A stretch of 63,617 nt of DNA, filler included, from Reticulomyxa filosa (Eukaryota > Protista > Foraminifera), in NCBI GenBank assembly GCA_000512085.1. It is 19 parts of 19 records of this genome, joined end to end, with 100 filler letters (N's around TTAATTAATTAA, not from the genome) between each part and the next. Parts side by side here need not be neighbours in the genome. Positions count along the whole stretch, not along the records: positions 1 to 10,628 come from ASPP01005837.1; positions 10,729 to 12,373 come from ASPP01002157.1; positions 12,474 to 13,689 come from ASPP01024132.1; 16 more parts are not named here. One strand, given 5' to 3'. Below, one piece after another: positions 1 through 13,018 of this stretch. Positions within the stretch are counted from its first letter, which is position 1. Each line of letters starts with the position of its first letter. The position numbers and the translations under genes are program-made. The notes beneath the pieces are model-generated. The model had not been told where the DNA came from, ran no database searches, and saw nothing but the letters and a program-made list of their open reading frames with translations.

Positions 1-44
1 AAAAAAAAAAAAAAAAAAAAAAAGATAACACGCTTTTGTTGCTA

Positions 45-2323
45 ACCATGACTAATCGTGAATCTCTTGGATCTCTTTTGTTTCTGTTGTCCAGACGAAC
101 ATCCAAACACATCTTCATGAGCGAACATCGTGGATAGTAGCCGTGAAGCAACTTTACTTTCTCTCCATCTTCGATTTGGTTCATACAAGGATGATCCGGA
201 GAGATATGCACATCTTTCACAATCATGTCAAAGTCGGGAAATTTCTGCAGCTCCCTCAGTTGCACGTGACAGCTTTCACATAACACAAGATGTTCCATTA
301 TATTCAAATTTTCGTCAGCATTTTTTTCGCAAGTGAAATAGATTACAGATTGTCCCAATTTGCGTAAACACGAGTAACAGCAAATCTTTTCCAATTGTTG
401 CTGTTGAAATGTTTCTTCCATGGATGCTGCTGGTGGATCTTCCACATCGTCTACAAAGGTCTTTTCATCTTTTAACGATTAAAAAAGCCAATTGTTTTGT
501 TTTCAGGTTTATTTTAAATGTGGCGTATGTATTTGTGTGTTACATCTCATTTTAAAAGCATTTTGTTTGCCCTCTATTCCAACTTGTCAAACAAAATAAA
601 ACAAAAAAAACCTTCTCTAACAAAGCAATGATGGCATAGGTCGTATCTAGTTTGTGTTTTTATTTTGTTTAAAATAGCCCAAAAAATTTCGTTATTGTGC
701 ATAAAAAGCACGTAAAATTGTAATAAACACGTATAATGCTTGTATGTGCGCATAGAATACGACATTACCCGTTTTTGTGTTCATCGCAGGCGCCACGTGG
801 ACAGTGATAGCACTGTGGAGTATTTGTATGTATTCGATTGATTGTGTTTCCAAAGTGTCGAAGGAGAACAAAAGCAAGCCTTGCAAGGGCACATACACAC
901 AAAGAAGCAACCAGAAAAACAGAGACACGACTCTAACGCACCCAATCTTCGCCATTATAAGTGATTCCACAAGAATTACAAACAATTCCATCAGATCCTG
1001 GATACGCACTTTTCGCTTTCATGCGTTGATAGATATTTTTCTCACATACACACAGTCTGGCGCACTCACGTTGATAGCAACGGTTGCAAAGATCAGAACC
1101 AAATATATGATCATCAGTTTTCCCTTGGGCAATGATACATCTTTTTTTTTTTTTTTTTGCAATCAAAAGAGGTGAAGATTTTTTTTTTTAATAAGAAAAG
1201 AGCAATACAATGAAAAATAACAATAACAATAAAAACAGCTATACGTATACAAATACCATTTCTTCTGGGGAGAACCCATATCGACATGTATCGCAAAATA
1301 CAGAAACTCCGTCGTAGCATTGAGCTGCAGGCATCAATTGCCAATCACTGTTATTTTTATTGCGCATACATGTTACAATGCATTACGTATACAGTATATA
1401 AAAACAACAAGTGCTCATGACCTCTTTCACATTTTCGAGACTTGCACGTTTTGTTTTGTAGTAGAAATAAAGATGCACATAATTTTGGAAGTGACCTGTT
1501 GCAAAAACACTTTGAGACGGCGTTAACAGAGGCAGATGCAGAGGCAGGGACTGCAGCAGTGGTGTCGGTAGTAACTTCTCCAGGGACAGGAACTTGGCTA
1601 AGAGCATCATCGAATACAGACGGCTTCATATCTGTCTCAACTTCTTTGTTTTCATTCTCTTTGTTTTCATTCTCTTTGTTCTCAATTTCTTTTTCTTCTA
1701 ACTCTTGTTCGTCGAATGTCTTCACTTCATCCACAGAGGTGAGCTTGAAGCCCGCTTGGTCGTCAGCATTTGCATTATCGGTACCACTGCCAGCCACGTC
1801 ACTGGCCGCAATGTTTGGATCATTATTGTTGTGGTTATCATCACCTGCCACAGCTACAGTGCCTGTTGAATCAGGCATCACTGTTATTCCTAAGTTCACG
1901 TTGTTCGCGTTCAATGAATTATCTGTCTTCATCTCTGCCGCTGTAACTGCTTGTTCCAATTGGTTATCCTTTTGTTTGGTTTAGTTGTTTTTTCATATGC
2001 GAATATTTTTGTCCGCTCTTGCAAAAAAAAGGGTACAATTTCATCAAAACTAGTTTTGGAATCGAGAAGAATCCCAAGACTTTGCTTGTTGGTGCTTCTA
2101 TTTGCTCTGTTGTGATGTTGCGGGACTTTTGTATGAGAACAGCTGAGCAAAAGCAGCGAACTTTGTCATCCGTCACTACATGCGATTCTCCAACAGTTCC
2201 TGTTTGCTGGTTTCCACTTAAACTGGAGCGCCGAGCATTTACCACTGACGTTTCTCGGCTTCTATTTTCATGGTCCTTTTCATTTTTGCTGCCAAAAAAT
2301 GAAGAAAATTGCTTTTTCAGCAT
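45..2323 (-). CDS. Multi-exon protein with an acidic low-complexity N-terminal region and three ZZ-like zinc fingers; 3' end runs off the window
   Basis: Spliced reading gives VFCDTC..MYHCP..H..GSDLCNRC (1030-1348), VCNSC..CYHCP..H..GYDLCHHC (612-1000) and CCYSC..YFTC..VLCESC (~260-385). GT-AG introns are phase-consistent; one apparent 1-nt homopolymer frameshift lies near 1122. Confidence 0.65.
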
Positions 2324-2594
2324 TTCAATGGCCTCTGGACACCAGTTCTCGGTTTTAAAAAAAAGAGAAAAATTTTACTGAAAAAGGTAGTTAAGTAAGA
2401 CTTGTCACAGTTTAAAAAACTGCTAAAGTATGTGCTAGAAGGTGATCTGCATTATATCTTTTTGGATTGAAGAAGAAAACGGCAAGTTGGGTATATATAT
2501 TTTGGAACGTTTTTTTTTTTAAGTTCGATTGTTCAATCATATCACCATATTGAAGGTTTACTTTGCGATAATTTCGTAAATGAGACATATTCAC

Positions 2595-3303
2595 ATGAAT
2601 ATGACAGAATCAAGTCAAGACCAGACACAAAACCTGAAAGATGCCGAAAATGTGGGGCCTTGTTTGGAGGGATCAAAAAGCAAAATAACATCAAACATAT
2701 GCAATAAAAATTTCAAAAGCAATATCCAACACGTGGAAGATACAACGAATCAACATGTGGTGGATGAGATGAATGTAGATGAGTCTTCACAGCCAGCAAT
2801 GATCCGTTTTGATTCTCCACCAAGTGCATTTCCATTTTTGCAATCCTCGAAAGCACAACCAATGAACAAAGTAATGGACTCAACCCAATCACCTGGCAGT
2901 GAACGACATTGTAGAGATAAGAATAAATCAATGGAATCTGAGGACCAACAACTCACATCCAAGACGAAAGTGAAGCAATGTGAATGTTATCATTCTCCAA
3001 GAATCAATATGCTGGAGAAACATGAAGACACCGATTGCTTGACTAGTTTAACCAAACATGAGATTCATTTTGTCAATTTCTTTCAAACTGTTTCAAAGAT
3101 CGCTGCAACGGAAGAAAAGCGCAAATCTGTCAGTCCTTTGGCACCCTTAGTTATCACACCTCATTCGACAAGTCCAATACAAAAGTTTTGTCCATATTTT
3201 TTTTTATAATTCTTGACTTTGTTTGTTGTCTTTTTTTTTTAATGTTTTTGGTTGTGAAATCTTGATGTCACAGGCGGCGTATTTCATTTTCCTCTTCAAG
3301 TTG
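2595..3303 (+). CDS. Hypothetical low-complexity protein, probably 2 exons, divergent from the ZZ gene
   Basis: 209-aa ORF 2580-3209 with coding-like composition; likely intron ~3185-3272, then RRISFSSSS-stop. No recognisable domain. Confidence 0.45.
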
Positions 3304-4046
3304 AGCTAAACTTTTGAAGTGATCGACATTTTTTCTTTCTTTTTTTTTTTTTTTTTGGAGTGACATATTGTATTTTGTATTCCTGTTTACGAGAAAGCAC
3401 AACCGTTCCCCAAAAAAAAAAAATTAATAATCTCGGACTTTGTGGCTTTTTTTCCCGTTTTTTATTGGGAAAATTTTTTTTAATATGAAATGACAAACGA
3501 AAATGTTCAAAAATTTGACTCCTGTCCATTTTCTGCATGTTGTGATGTTATTTTTTTTTGTCTGAGTTTGTTGGAGTGTTTTTTTTGTTTTTTTATAGAA
3601 CAGGTATGAAATGTTTTGCTTTTGTTTTTTTTTTCCCTTTTATGTGCATCTTTTCTTCGTTTAACTGTTGGTTTTGTGTGGTCTTTTTGGATGCGAACTT
3701 TAAAGCTTTATTACATCAAATTCTAATTGTCTTGATTCCTTGCTGCAAAAAGAGTTTTTGTTGATAAAATTTCAAAAAAATTGTAATCGAGGCTGAAAAC
3801 GTAAATATCTGTTTATCTAGAGGTATAATTAAAATTTCAAGTCAAATTTTGTGGATATTAAATTACTGGACTGATCCTTTTTCATTTAAAACATTTTGGC
3901 TTTTTCATCTTTGTGATTAAGCACGTTTACCAAAATTGTGGTTGATATAAGGGGGTAGCAAAAAAAAGTTTTAAATTTTGCTTTATTGTATTTTAGTGTT
4001 TACTTGCTTTTTTTTTTGCAAGCATTGAAACAATCTCTACAACATA

Positions 4047-5752
4047 ATGGCATTTACCAATTCTTCTGAATTATCCTTTTGTGAGCAAAAATTGCAAAAT
4101 TTCATGAACTTGAAAGGTGACAGCACAGACAAACGAATACAAGCAGAATACATCTGGTAAAAAGTCAAAAAATCAAAAAATGAAAAACAGAGAAAAAAAG
4201 TGATTACGTGCCCTTTGAATCCTTTTTTGTGTTGGGGGGAACGGAAGGATCGGAGGTTCTGGCGAGGACATCCGAAGCAAAGGAAGAACACTACATGGCC
4301 CGATCAAATCGATCAAAGACATACCGTTGAGTTTTTTTAAAAAACAAAATTGAATCAATTACAAAAAAAAAAATGTTGTTATGATTTTGAATAGGGACTG
4401 GGTATGTTTTATAGAAAAGGGAGGGAAGTAGCGTGTAGTTTGTAGTTTTGGAGTGGTAAAGAGATAAGGAAAAGGAGAGAGCAGCAAGCAACGCTGGTAT
4501 GTGATTGCAAAATGTTAGAACTTTGATGGAAGCAGTACAGGACAAGCGACAGGGACATATAGTGAAATATGGCTGAAGCCTGCCAAGTATGTTAAGGACC
4601 CATTTCGTGGAGGGGACAACTTGTTGGTACTGTGCGAGTGCTTGGACGCAAAGACAATGGAACCTGTCCAAACCAATCGGCGGTCGGCTGCTTTAAAAAT
4701 ATTTGAAAGTGAAAAAGTTGCTTCTCAACATCCATGGTTAATTTTTTTTTTTTTTTTTTTTGCCCCTTTTTTCTCGTTCTTTTTCTCCATGCGACTAACT
4801 TCAACATTAAAAAAAATTGGTTTTTGTTTTTGGTGTGTCTGGGAAAAAGGTTTGGTATAGAGCAAGAATACACGATATTTGACCCAAAGACAGGACGTCC
4901 TTTGGGATGGCCTGCTACTGGCTTCCCTGCTCCTCAAGGACCTTATTACTGCAGCGTTGGCTCCTCAAAAGCCTTTGGAAGACCGATTGTTGAAGCCCAT
5001 TACAAAGCATGTTTGTATGCCGGAATTCCTATTTGTGGTATCAATGCCGAAGTCTTGCCTGCTCAATGGGAATTCCAAGTTTGTGTCAACACTTGTTTTA
5101 CTTTTAGACCAAAAATTTTCCGCAAAAAAAAATTCTAGGAAATTTCCCAGAAAATTCAGCGGAATTTCTCTACAAAAGGGAAAGAAAAAAAAATTGGGGG
5201 GTTAAAAAATAAATAGGTGGGTCCATGTGAAGGTATCGAAGCAGGGGATTATCTTTGGATCGCAAGATATTTACTATTGCGAACTGCAGAAGAATTTGGA
5301 GTAACGAATACTTTTTTTTTTCTCGTTGCTGTCGCTTTTGTTTTAGCTAAAACATGTTGCATGTTGTACATGAACAGGCCGATATATCATTCGAGCCCAA
5401 GCCTGTACCCGGTGACTGGAATGGTACAGGTTGTCATACGAACTACTCGACAGAAGCAATGAGAAGCAAAGGAGGGTACAAATATATACTTGAGGCAATC
5501 GAATTGTTGAAGAAGTCACATCAAAAACATATGAAAGTCTATGGAAAACGCAATCGACGACGTTTAACCGGAAACCATGAGACAGCCAAATTTGACGAGT
5601 TTTCATTTGGTGTTGCCAACAGGGGAGCGTCGATTCGTATTCCTCGGCTGACGGAAATCGAACAAAAAGGATATTTTGAGGACCGAAGACCCGCGGGAAA
5701 TTGTGATCCTTATGACGTGTCGGCAATCCTTGCAGAAACAACACTCCTCTGA
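4047..5752 (+). CDS. GLUL: Glutamine synthetase type II (eukaryotic), ~7 exons including a 7-nt microexon
   Basis: Spliced motifs [102 protein letters not shown]. Exons 4047-4156, 4248-4325, 4395-4401, 4519-~4736, ~4850-5078, 5217-5300, ~5378-5752. Confidence 0.96.
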
Positions 5753-6609
5753 AGCATGTCCAGTTCTTTTTTTTTCCTCAAAGAACGACATGCTATGACT
5801 TTTTTTGTATCGTCAGAGGCGTATTTACAAAGAAAAAATTTTGGAGAATTAACTACACTTGTTACTAAATAACGTGGTAACAGATGTTTTTCCATCTTTT
5901 TGGGACTTTTGTTTCGTTAACATATCATTATTTTTGAACGTTCAATCCAAATAGTATTGCGTTTTATAACAATCATTAAATTTGAAAGGATGCAAACTTC
6001 ATTTATCACATACACAAACACAATGACTTAAGAAACTTTCAAAGTTTGATCATTTGGACTCCTATCATTAGTGAAATTGTTCGATCTAGAGTCATCGGAT
6101 GCGTAATTCTGGAATGACGGTACTTCCTTAAAAAAGATGTTGATTTCAAACGCTATGGATCACAAAAAAAATGGTGACAGATGCCGGACATAGAAAAATC
6201 CGAATGGCGATAAAAAAGAGTAACAGTTCTTTCGATGCCCAAAAAAGTAAGTTAACGGACATAATTTTTGAAGTAACCTCAAGAACTCTGTTATTATAAT
6301 TTTGACGTACACTATTTGGTTTCCCGTCTGTTTTCAGCACAATCAAGATTTCCGTTCAACTACAACATTCCCTTGTGTTGACTAGCCGAGAACCTCGTAC
6401 ATTTTACTTGTATTTGGATCACACAACCATAATGCAAATAAAAACTGCACAGTAGTTGTGTCACGTTTTTTTTTGGAGGAAAGCTTACCACGGAATGAAA
6501 GCAAGATTGAAATCAAAGAAAAGATTGAATTATTCAGTTTGGCTCGAGACTATGTGATCAAAAAAAGAGTCAGTCAAAATAGCTTACATCAAAAACAAAA
6601 AGAAAAATT

Positions 6610-8314
6610 ATCAACTGTTACAAAAAGGCTCATTAATCAAATTTGCTGCTTTAATTCGTTTGCTCTCTGGTTGAAATATCTGATTCAATACATCTTTGTT
6701 TTTGTTTGTCAGAAAAAAAAGAGCAAATGATGTTCAGTGTGTATTAGCAATGCCATAAAAAAAATATGCATGATTATATTTTGTTTGATAACAAACCGAA
6801 ACATTCTTTGGTCACCATTGGCAATAATTGCTGTTGTTGCATTATGTTCCACAAGTAATCTTCTTTTTCAATTAACGCACAATCTAAACGTTCAACAAAT
6901 GGATGCTCCTTGAAGATCATAAACCACAGGCATATCCCAACACTCCACAGATCGGCTGCATATGGATCATATTGGCGTTTGTGTTGTTTAACATTTTGGA
7001 CCTGTACGAATAAATAAAACATAACATTAAAATAAAACAAAAAAACGAAGATGCAACGATCGAAAATAACTTCAGGTGCCATGTACAAGTAATTGCCTAT
7101 ATATTGATCGTAGAAATCATTTTGGTACTGCTTTTGGTCAGTATTATCAGTCTTACCCGCGAAATCTTGAGCGAAGCCAAAATCGACCAACTTGAGTTCC
7201 GGTTTTTCACATGTCCCGCCTTTACGCAGCCGTACACCAGCATGTACGCGCAATGTTAAGTGTAGCTACGCATATTGCCCTCCAAACAAAAGAGGAAAAA
7301 AAAGACAAAAAACAGAAAACAGTACCGACAATCATAAAATTCTGTAACGAAATGTTTAAGTGTGCAACGTGTTGTTCATGCAGCCACTTGACAATGCGCA
7401 CAATTTGTAGAAATACATAGCAAATGACATCCCACCGTTTGTATCTGACACTAGATCGACGCTGGTCTGATGGGAACGGCTTTGTTGGGTCAGTGTTTGT
7501 TCTTTTAATTATTTCTGCAAACTGCCAAATTGGGTCTAACCCGCCTGGGTATACAATTTTTTCAAAGAGCTCTACTACATTCATACGTTCGGTATCTGTT
7601 CCATTCAACTTACAGTCACAGTACTCTGCCGCCAAATAATACATACCGAATTTTCCAAATGTTTGCCAATGGCAAGCGTACTTGCTTATGTAATCTTTCA
7701 AAAAAAAAAACCAAAATGTATACGTCTACAAAAAAAGAACACAACTCTCGATTTCTTTGTGAACTGTTAGTGCAATTGACACTCAATCTTCTCAAAATTT
7801 GCGTCTCACGTAGAATACATTTGGGGGATGTCACTGTCCGTAAAGCACTGAATTGAGAGTCCACTAAAGATTGAAAACAGCATTGCACAAAACACTTGGA
7901 CGGAAACTGATTAAATTCCTTCATTAGACGAGGTTTTCGCATATTCATACAATGTTTGCTCTGCAAATGTTTTCGTAAATCCTCTTTATTTTCTCCTTCA
8001 ATGTCAACCTTGGATGCTACACACGTAAATCCTTGACAGGTGGTTGCAATATATTCGACAAAGATAAAACAATCGCTGTAATAGTATTCTGAAAGCGGAC
8101 AATTGCCTTTTATAATTTTTACTAATTCTTTATGTTGGTTAGTGTCTTGTTCGTTGTTTCTTTTTGTTTTTGATTGACCCCATACCGGTTTATAATCTAT
8201 TACTCCAAAAAAAAATTTGGAACAAACATCCACAAAATTTCACCTTGCACCAATCGTTATTTTTTCCCTCTGCTTCTTGATCAAACCTGATTTTTTCTCA
8301 ATATAATCACTCAT
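6610..8314 (-). CDS. CAMK-like Ser/Thr kinase-fold protein, probable pseudokinase (multi-exon)
   Basis: Exons carry YYLAAEYC, VAHLNISLQNFM, LKLVDFG, YMAPE, DLWSVGICLW and HPF. The catalytic-loop Asp is Asn. 3' end approximate. Confidence 0.8.
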
Positions 8315-9105
8315 TTTACGCTAAACAAAAAAATTCGGAACGAATTGTTCCTTATTGAGGTGTTTGCTAGTTACCCCTCAACGAGAGAAAAAACTATTTC
8401 TTTTGCGACAAAATCGTGAAAGACAGGAACATGAAAATAAGTCAACAACTTTAAGCTTGCACTTGGTTTTTTTGGAGACTTTTCTGGCTGTTGTTTATCT
8501 ACGCACCTCAACTTTGGAAATCTACTGTAAAAAATAATTTAAATGTCAAAAAATTTTGAATAAAAACGTATGACAACTTTCGACAATAATTCGAGTAAAA
8601 AAATTTTTAAACAATAAACGGATCAAAGGACAAAAAAAATCAAACGCTCGTGTCTCCTTTTGACGAACTGCGTCCAATCTGCTGAAGTGTTGCTGTGTAT
8701 TCATGGTCAGTCAAGCTGCTTGTACAGCTTCGGTCAAGGCAAAACTACGCTCATAACAGAAAAGTTGTTCGTGGAAAATATCAGCAATCCTACGTAGAAG
8801 TTCGCACTTCAAGATCAGTCACTTTGCTAGCATGAACAAGACTAGTTATCATATAAAGGAAGAATGAGTTTTGAAAACGAAGCTAAACCAACTTACTGAT
8901 GCAATACACTTATATACATCACATGTACTCACAATGAGATTGCATAGTTAATAACTGGAGTTCGTAGTTCAAAACTTGACCAAAACTTGCTAAGCTTAAA
9001 AAAAAATATTCTGTTCATTTTTAATTTTGGAATAGTGAAATGTGTGATGAAGAAACAATTGTCATATTTTCTGAAAAATTTTTGTCTTGAGATCTCTGAA
9101 TGATA

Positions 9106-10440
9106 TCAAAAAATTTTGATTTTTCCTTCTCCTGCAAACAATGAACCTTTTTTGTCTTCGCCTTCCAGCGTTATTTTGAATCGGACACCACTGCCCCAAA
9201 CAAAAACAAAAAAAAAGGAAGTGACGCGTGTGTAAGATTGAAGAGAATAAAAAAGAAAAAAATGGAGATAACTACAAAAGGGATATTGAGAGAGTTTTTT
9301 GGCAGTGATTCTTTCCTTTTCTGGCTTGAAAATTGCATTCAATACATCTGAACGAAAACAATAAGAAACAACGAATAAAAATAGCAACAATAGGACAAAC
9401 ACAAAAATAGAATACGCAAACAAACCAAAAGCGTCTTCAGTGAGCAGAGGCAATACACCTCTTTCGCGCAATCTTTCTTTTAAGTAATGTTCGTATTTCT
9501 CACTTTTCTCTTTTTTTGTTAAGAGCTTTTTACTCAAAGGAGTCTCCTTAACGTCTTTCCCAGATGAGTCCGTTTCTTTGATGAAGCTGTTGGACTTTGA
9601 GTCATATCGCGCCTTTGTTTGGCTTTCAAAAGGGTATTCTTTGAAAATCAATAACCACAAGCACACACCTAGAGTCCAAATATCTGCCGCGAATGGGTCG
9701 TAGTTGTCGCCCGGGTATTTTATAAGCTTGGAAACCTGTGTATTATTGTTAAGCATTCTCACAGTTGTGTGGATGCAAGTGGACCTCGAATGAGCAAACA
9801 AACAAAACAGGTCGTGTAATAGAAAACTTCAGGGGCCATATATGCCATCTTTCCAACGTATTGATCGTATCGTACGTTGTGCTTTTCAACGCTGGAAAAG
9901 TCGGCAGCGACTCCAAAATCGATCAATTTGATTGCAGGATCGCCCACTTCCCCACCTTTTTTTTGTGACACATATGCTTAGCTTTTGAGACGAATACTCC
10001 CTCCAAAAAAAAACAACTAACTCCAAACTCCTTCCCCTCTTTCTCTACTTTCCCTTTTTGCAGTAAACAACAACGAAATATTGGAATACCAGAAATCATA
10101 ACATTCTCCAAAGAAATATCCAAATGGGCAATCCTTTTGGAATGTATCCAAACAACAGCTTGTACGATCTTGGCAAAAATATTTTGAATCGCGTGCAGCC
10201 GTCGATAGCTCTTCTTTTGACTGGAAGGCCAGAATGATTTGGATCGATGGAGCGTTTTCGATTTATTGTCGAAACTGGTCGATGGGACTGAGATTATCGG
10301 GATACAAATCGTGGTCATGTATTGAAATAGGTTCATCGACTTGCGCGATTGTCGCCAGTTGCATTCGCAAAACTCGGTGGCCAAGTAGTATTCGCCGACT
10401 TCTCCAATGGTCTCCCAGTGCGTGAGATATTTGCAAATGC
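9106..10440 (-). CDS. CAMK-like Ser/Thr protein kinase, 5'-truncated by the contig end; tandem paralog of 6610-8314
   Basis: YYLATEFC, IAHLDISLENVM, IKLIDFG, YVGKMAYMAPE, YDPFAADIWTLGVCLW, IFKPEKERIT; intron positions shared with the neighbour. Confidence 0.85.
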
Positions 10441-10471
10441 CTTATCATCGCAATACATTCACATAAGTGAG

Positions 10472-10551
10472 GATATGTGAAGATATGTGAAGATATATCA
10501 AGATGTGTGAAGGTATATAAAGATATATGAAGATATATGAGGACACGTGAG
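10472..10551. repeat. 10-bp minisatellite (consensus GATATRTGAA, ~8 copies) in probable intron
   Basis: gatatgtgaa gatatgtgaa gatatatcaa gatgtgtgaa ggtatataaa gatatatgaa gatatatgag gacacgtgag. Confidence 0.85.
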
Positions 10552-10628
10552 GTCATGACGAATTTATCAATTCTTCTTTTCTCCCCTTCCCTTCCTTCTC
10601 TTTTATATATATAAATATATAAATATAA

Positions 10629-10728
10629 NNNNNNNNNNNNNNNNNNNNNNNNNNNNNNNNNNNNNNNNNNNNTTAATTAATTAANNNNNNNNNNNNNNNN
10701 NNNNNNNNNNNNNNNNNNNNNNNNNNNN
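10629..10728. other. Artificial contig linker (44 N + TTAATTAATTAA + 44 N). First of 18; the others start at 12374, 13690, 15020, 19088, 24032, 25390, 26842, 29899, 39990, 41209, 44712, 46244, 51055, 54220, 57156, 60353 and 61458
   Basis: Identical 100-bp structure each time; the palindromic 12-mer puts stops in all six frames; composition and gene content change abruptly across linkers. Confidence 0.99.
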
Positions 10729-12373
10729 CGATTTCATCACAATTGGGAAGAAGCCAGTTGGATATGGCATTCCAATTTTTAATTCATGGTTTTCCTTCAT
10801 ATTTTCATAATAATTATATAGATACGACTCAATTTATAATGAAATTACAAAAAAAACAATTAAATCATTTTTTTGAATATTTAATTTATGGATTATCCGA
10901 TGAAAAGGAAAATAAATATAATTGTAAAAATTGCGCAGAATTACTTGGAAAACTATCAATGAAATGGAATGAAAAACAATTGGATGATGCTTTCAATCCT
11001 TTAAAAGACATATTCAATAAAGATGATGATCCAACGTATATAGAAGCACTTGAGGCAATTACAGTGAAATTGCCTGGGAAACAATTCGATAATGCTTTTA
11101 ATTATTTCATTAGTAGATTAAATTGTGAAGAGATAGATACGTGTGATAAATACGCTGATCTACTTTTGAAAATTGCACAGAGATTGGATGAAAAACAAAT
11201 GAACATTGCATTGAATTATTTTATGGATAAGTTAAATGATAAAAAGGAATATCAAAAGATTCGTATCAAATGCATTCAATCACTTAAAGAAATTGCAAAT
11301 AAATGTAATGAACAACAACTGAATGAAATTTGTAACTCTTCAATGGATATATTCAATCGTGGAACTGATACTGCAGAAGTGCGTAGAGGATGTGCAGAAT
11401 TACTTGGAACAATTGCAGCGAATCTGAATGAAAGACATTTCGATGACGCTTTTAAATGTTTGAAAAATGGATTAAAAGATAGTGATTATTTTGTTCGATA
11501 CTCATGTGTACAATCACTTGTAACACTTTCAAAGAAATTGAATGATAAACAATTGGATATTATTTTTCAATGTTTGGTTGATGGATTTCAAAATATAAAT
11601 GGATATCATTGTTATTTACTTGAAGGAATTGTAATGAAATTGAATGAAACACAAATCGATTCTGTTTTCACATATTTTCTCAATGGACTCAAAGGTAGCG
11701 AATGGAATCGTACATTGTATGCGGAATGTATTGGATATCTTTCAATGAAATTAAATAAAAAGCAGTTGGATGATATTTTCGAATATTTGAATGGATTAAA
11801 AAATGAAAATGAATGTCTTCGTGCATTATGTAAAGAATCACTTGAAACAATATCAACAAAATTGAATGATAGACAATTGGATAAAGTTTTCAGTTCTTTC
11901 ATTCATGGGTTAAAAGATACAAATGAGCGAGATCTTGGGTCATGTGCACAATCACTGGGAGTAATTTCAGAGAAATTGAATGAGAAACAACTGGAAAATG
12001 CAATTAATACTTTGATCGATGGATTGAAAGATAAAGATGATTATGGTCGTGAATCATGTGCAGAATCACTTGGAGTAATTTCAACGAATTTGACTGATAA
12101 ACAACTGGAAGGAGTTTTCAATGCTTTGCCAAAGGAGCAGGAATTTAATTACTTTGGTTCATATGAAAAAGCACTTGAAGAAATTTCAACGAAATGGAAT
12201 GAAAAACAATCGGAGAGAGTTCTCAACGCTTTGATATTTGTTTCCAAACATTCGATCAATACAAACAACGACAAATATAAAGATGAATCATTGGTGAACT
12301 TACTTCAACTAATATCAACGAAATTGAATGACAAGCAATTGTATTTATTGGTGACACATTTGTTGGAAAGAGC
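10729..12373 (+). CDS. Intronless HEAT/PBS-lyase-like repeat protein (internal fragment, open at both ends)
   Basis: Uninterrupted ORF with ~38-40-aa repeats of the form LKD....VR.SCAESLG.IS.KLNEKQLD..F..L..G. Confidence 0.85.
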
Positions 12374-12473
12374 NNNNNNNNNNNNNNNNNNNNNNNNNNN
12401 NNNNNNNNNNNNNNNNNTTAATTAATTAANNNNNNNNNNNNNNNNNNNNNNNNNNNNNNNNNNNNNNNNNNNN

Positions 12474-13018
12474 GCGCCTGTCGCCGCGGCGCTTCCTGTC
12501 GTGGCCCGCCGGCTTCGTCATTGAGGTGTTCCGGACGACGCCGCCGCTGGTCCAGCTCTTCTGGTTCTTCTTCGCCTTGCCGATGCTGGTCGGCATCGAG
12601 ATGACGCCGTTCGTGGCCGGCGCCGTCACCTTCTCGATCCAGTCGGCTTCGTTCTTCGCCGAGGTGTTCCGCGCCGGCATCCAGTCGATCGAACGCGGCC
12701 AGTGGGATGGCGCGCGGGCGATCGGCATGCGCCATGACCAGGCGCTGCGCCGGATCATCCTGCCGCAGGCGGTGAAGCGCATGATCCCGGCCTTCATGGA
12801 GCGCGCCATCGAGCTCATGAAGACCACGACCTTGATCGCCACCATCTCCTATGCCGACCTGCTGTTTGCGGCGAATGAGATCTCGCAGAAGACCTTCAGG
12901 CCGCTCGAGACCTATACGGTCGTGGCGCTGATCACTTCGTCGTGATCTCCTTGTGAGCCAGGTCGCGCGCCTGGTCGAGCTGCGGCTGGCCCGCAGCGGC
13001 GAATCGACGGTTCACTGA
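12474..13018 (+). CDS. Bacterial polar amino-acid ABC transporter permease (HisM/GlnP family), 5'-partial, frameshifted near its 3' end
   Basis: EVFRTTPPLVQLF and the EAA loop AEVFRAGIQSIERGQWDGARAIGM; the restored frame ends ...RLARSGESTVH-TGA(13016-18), overlapping the next ATG. Confidence 0.9.

Noticed and set aside
12418-12845. Minus-strand ORFs over the ABC permease
   Set aside because: Shadow ORFs typical of high-GC DNA; the plus strand carries the family motifs.
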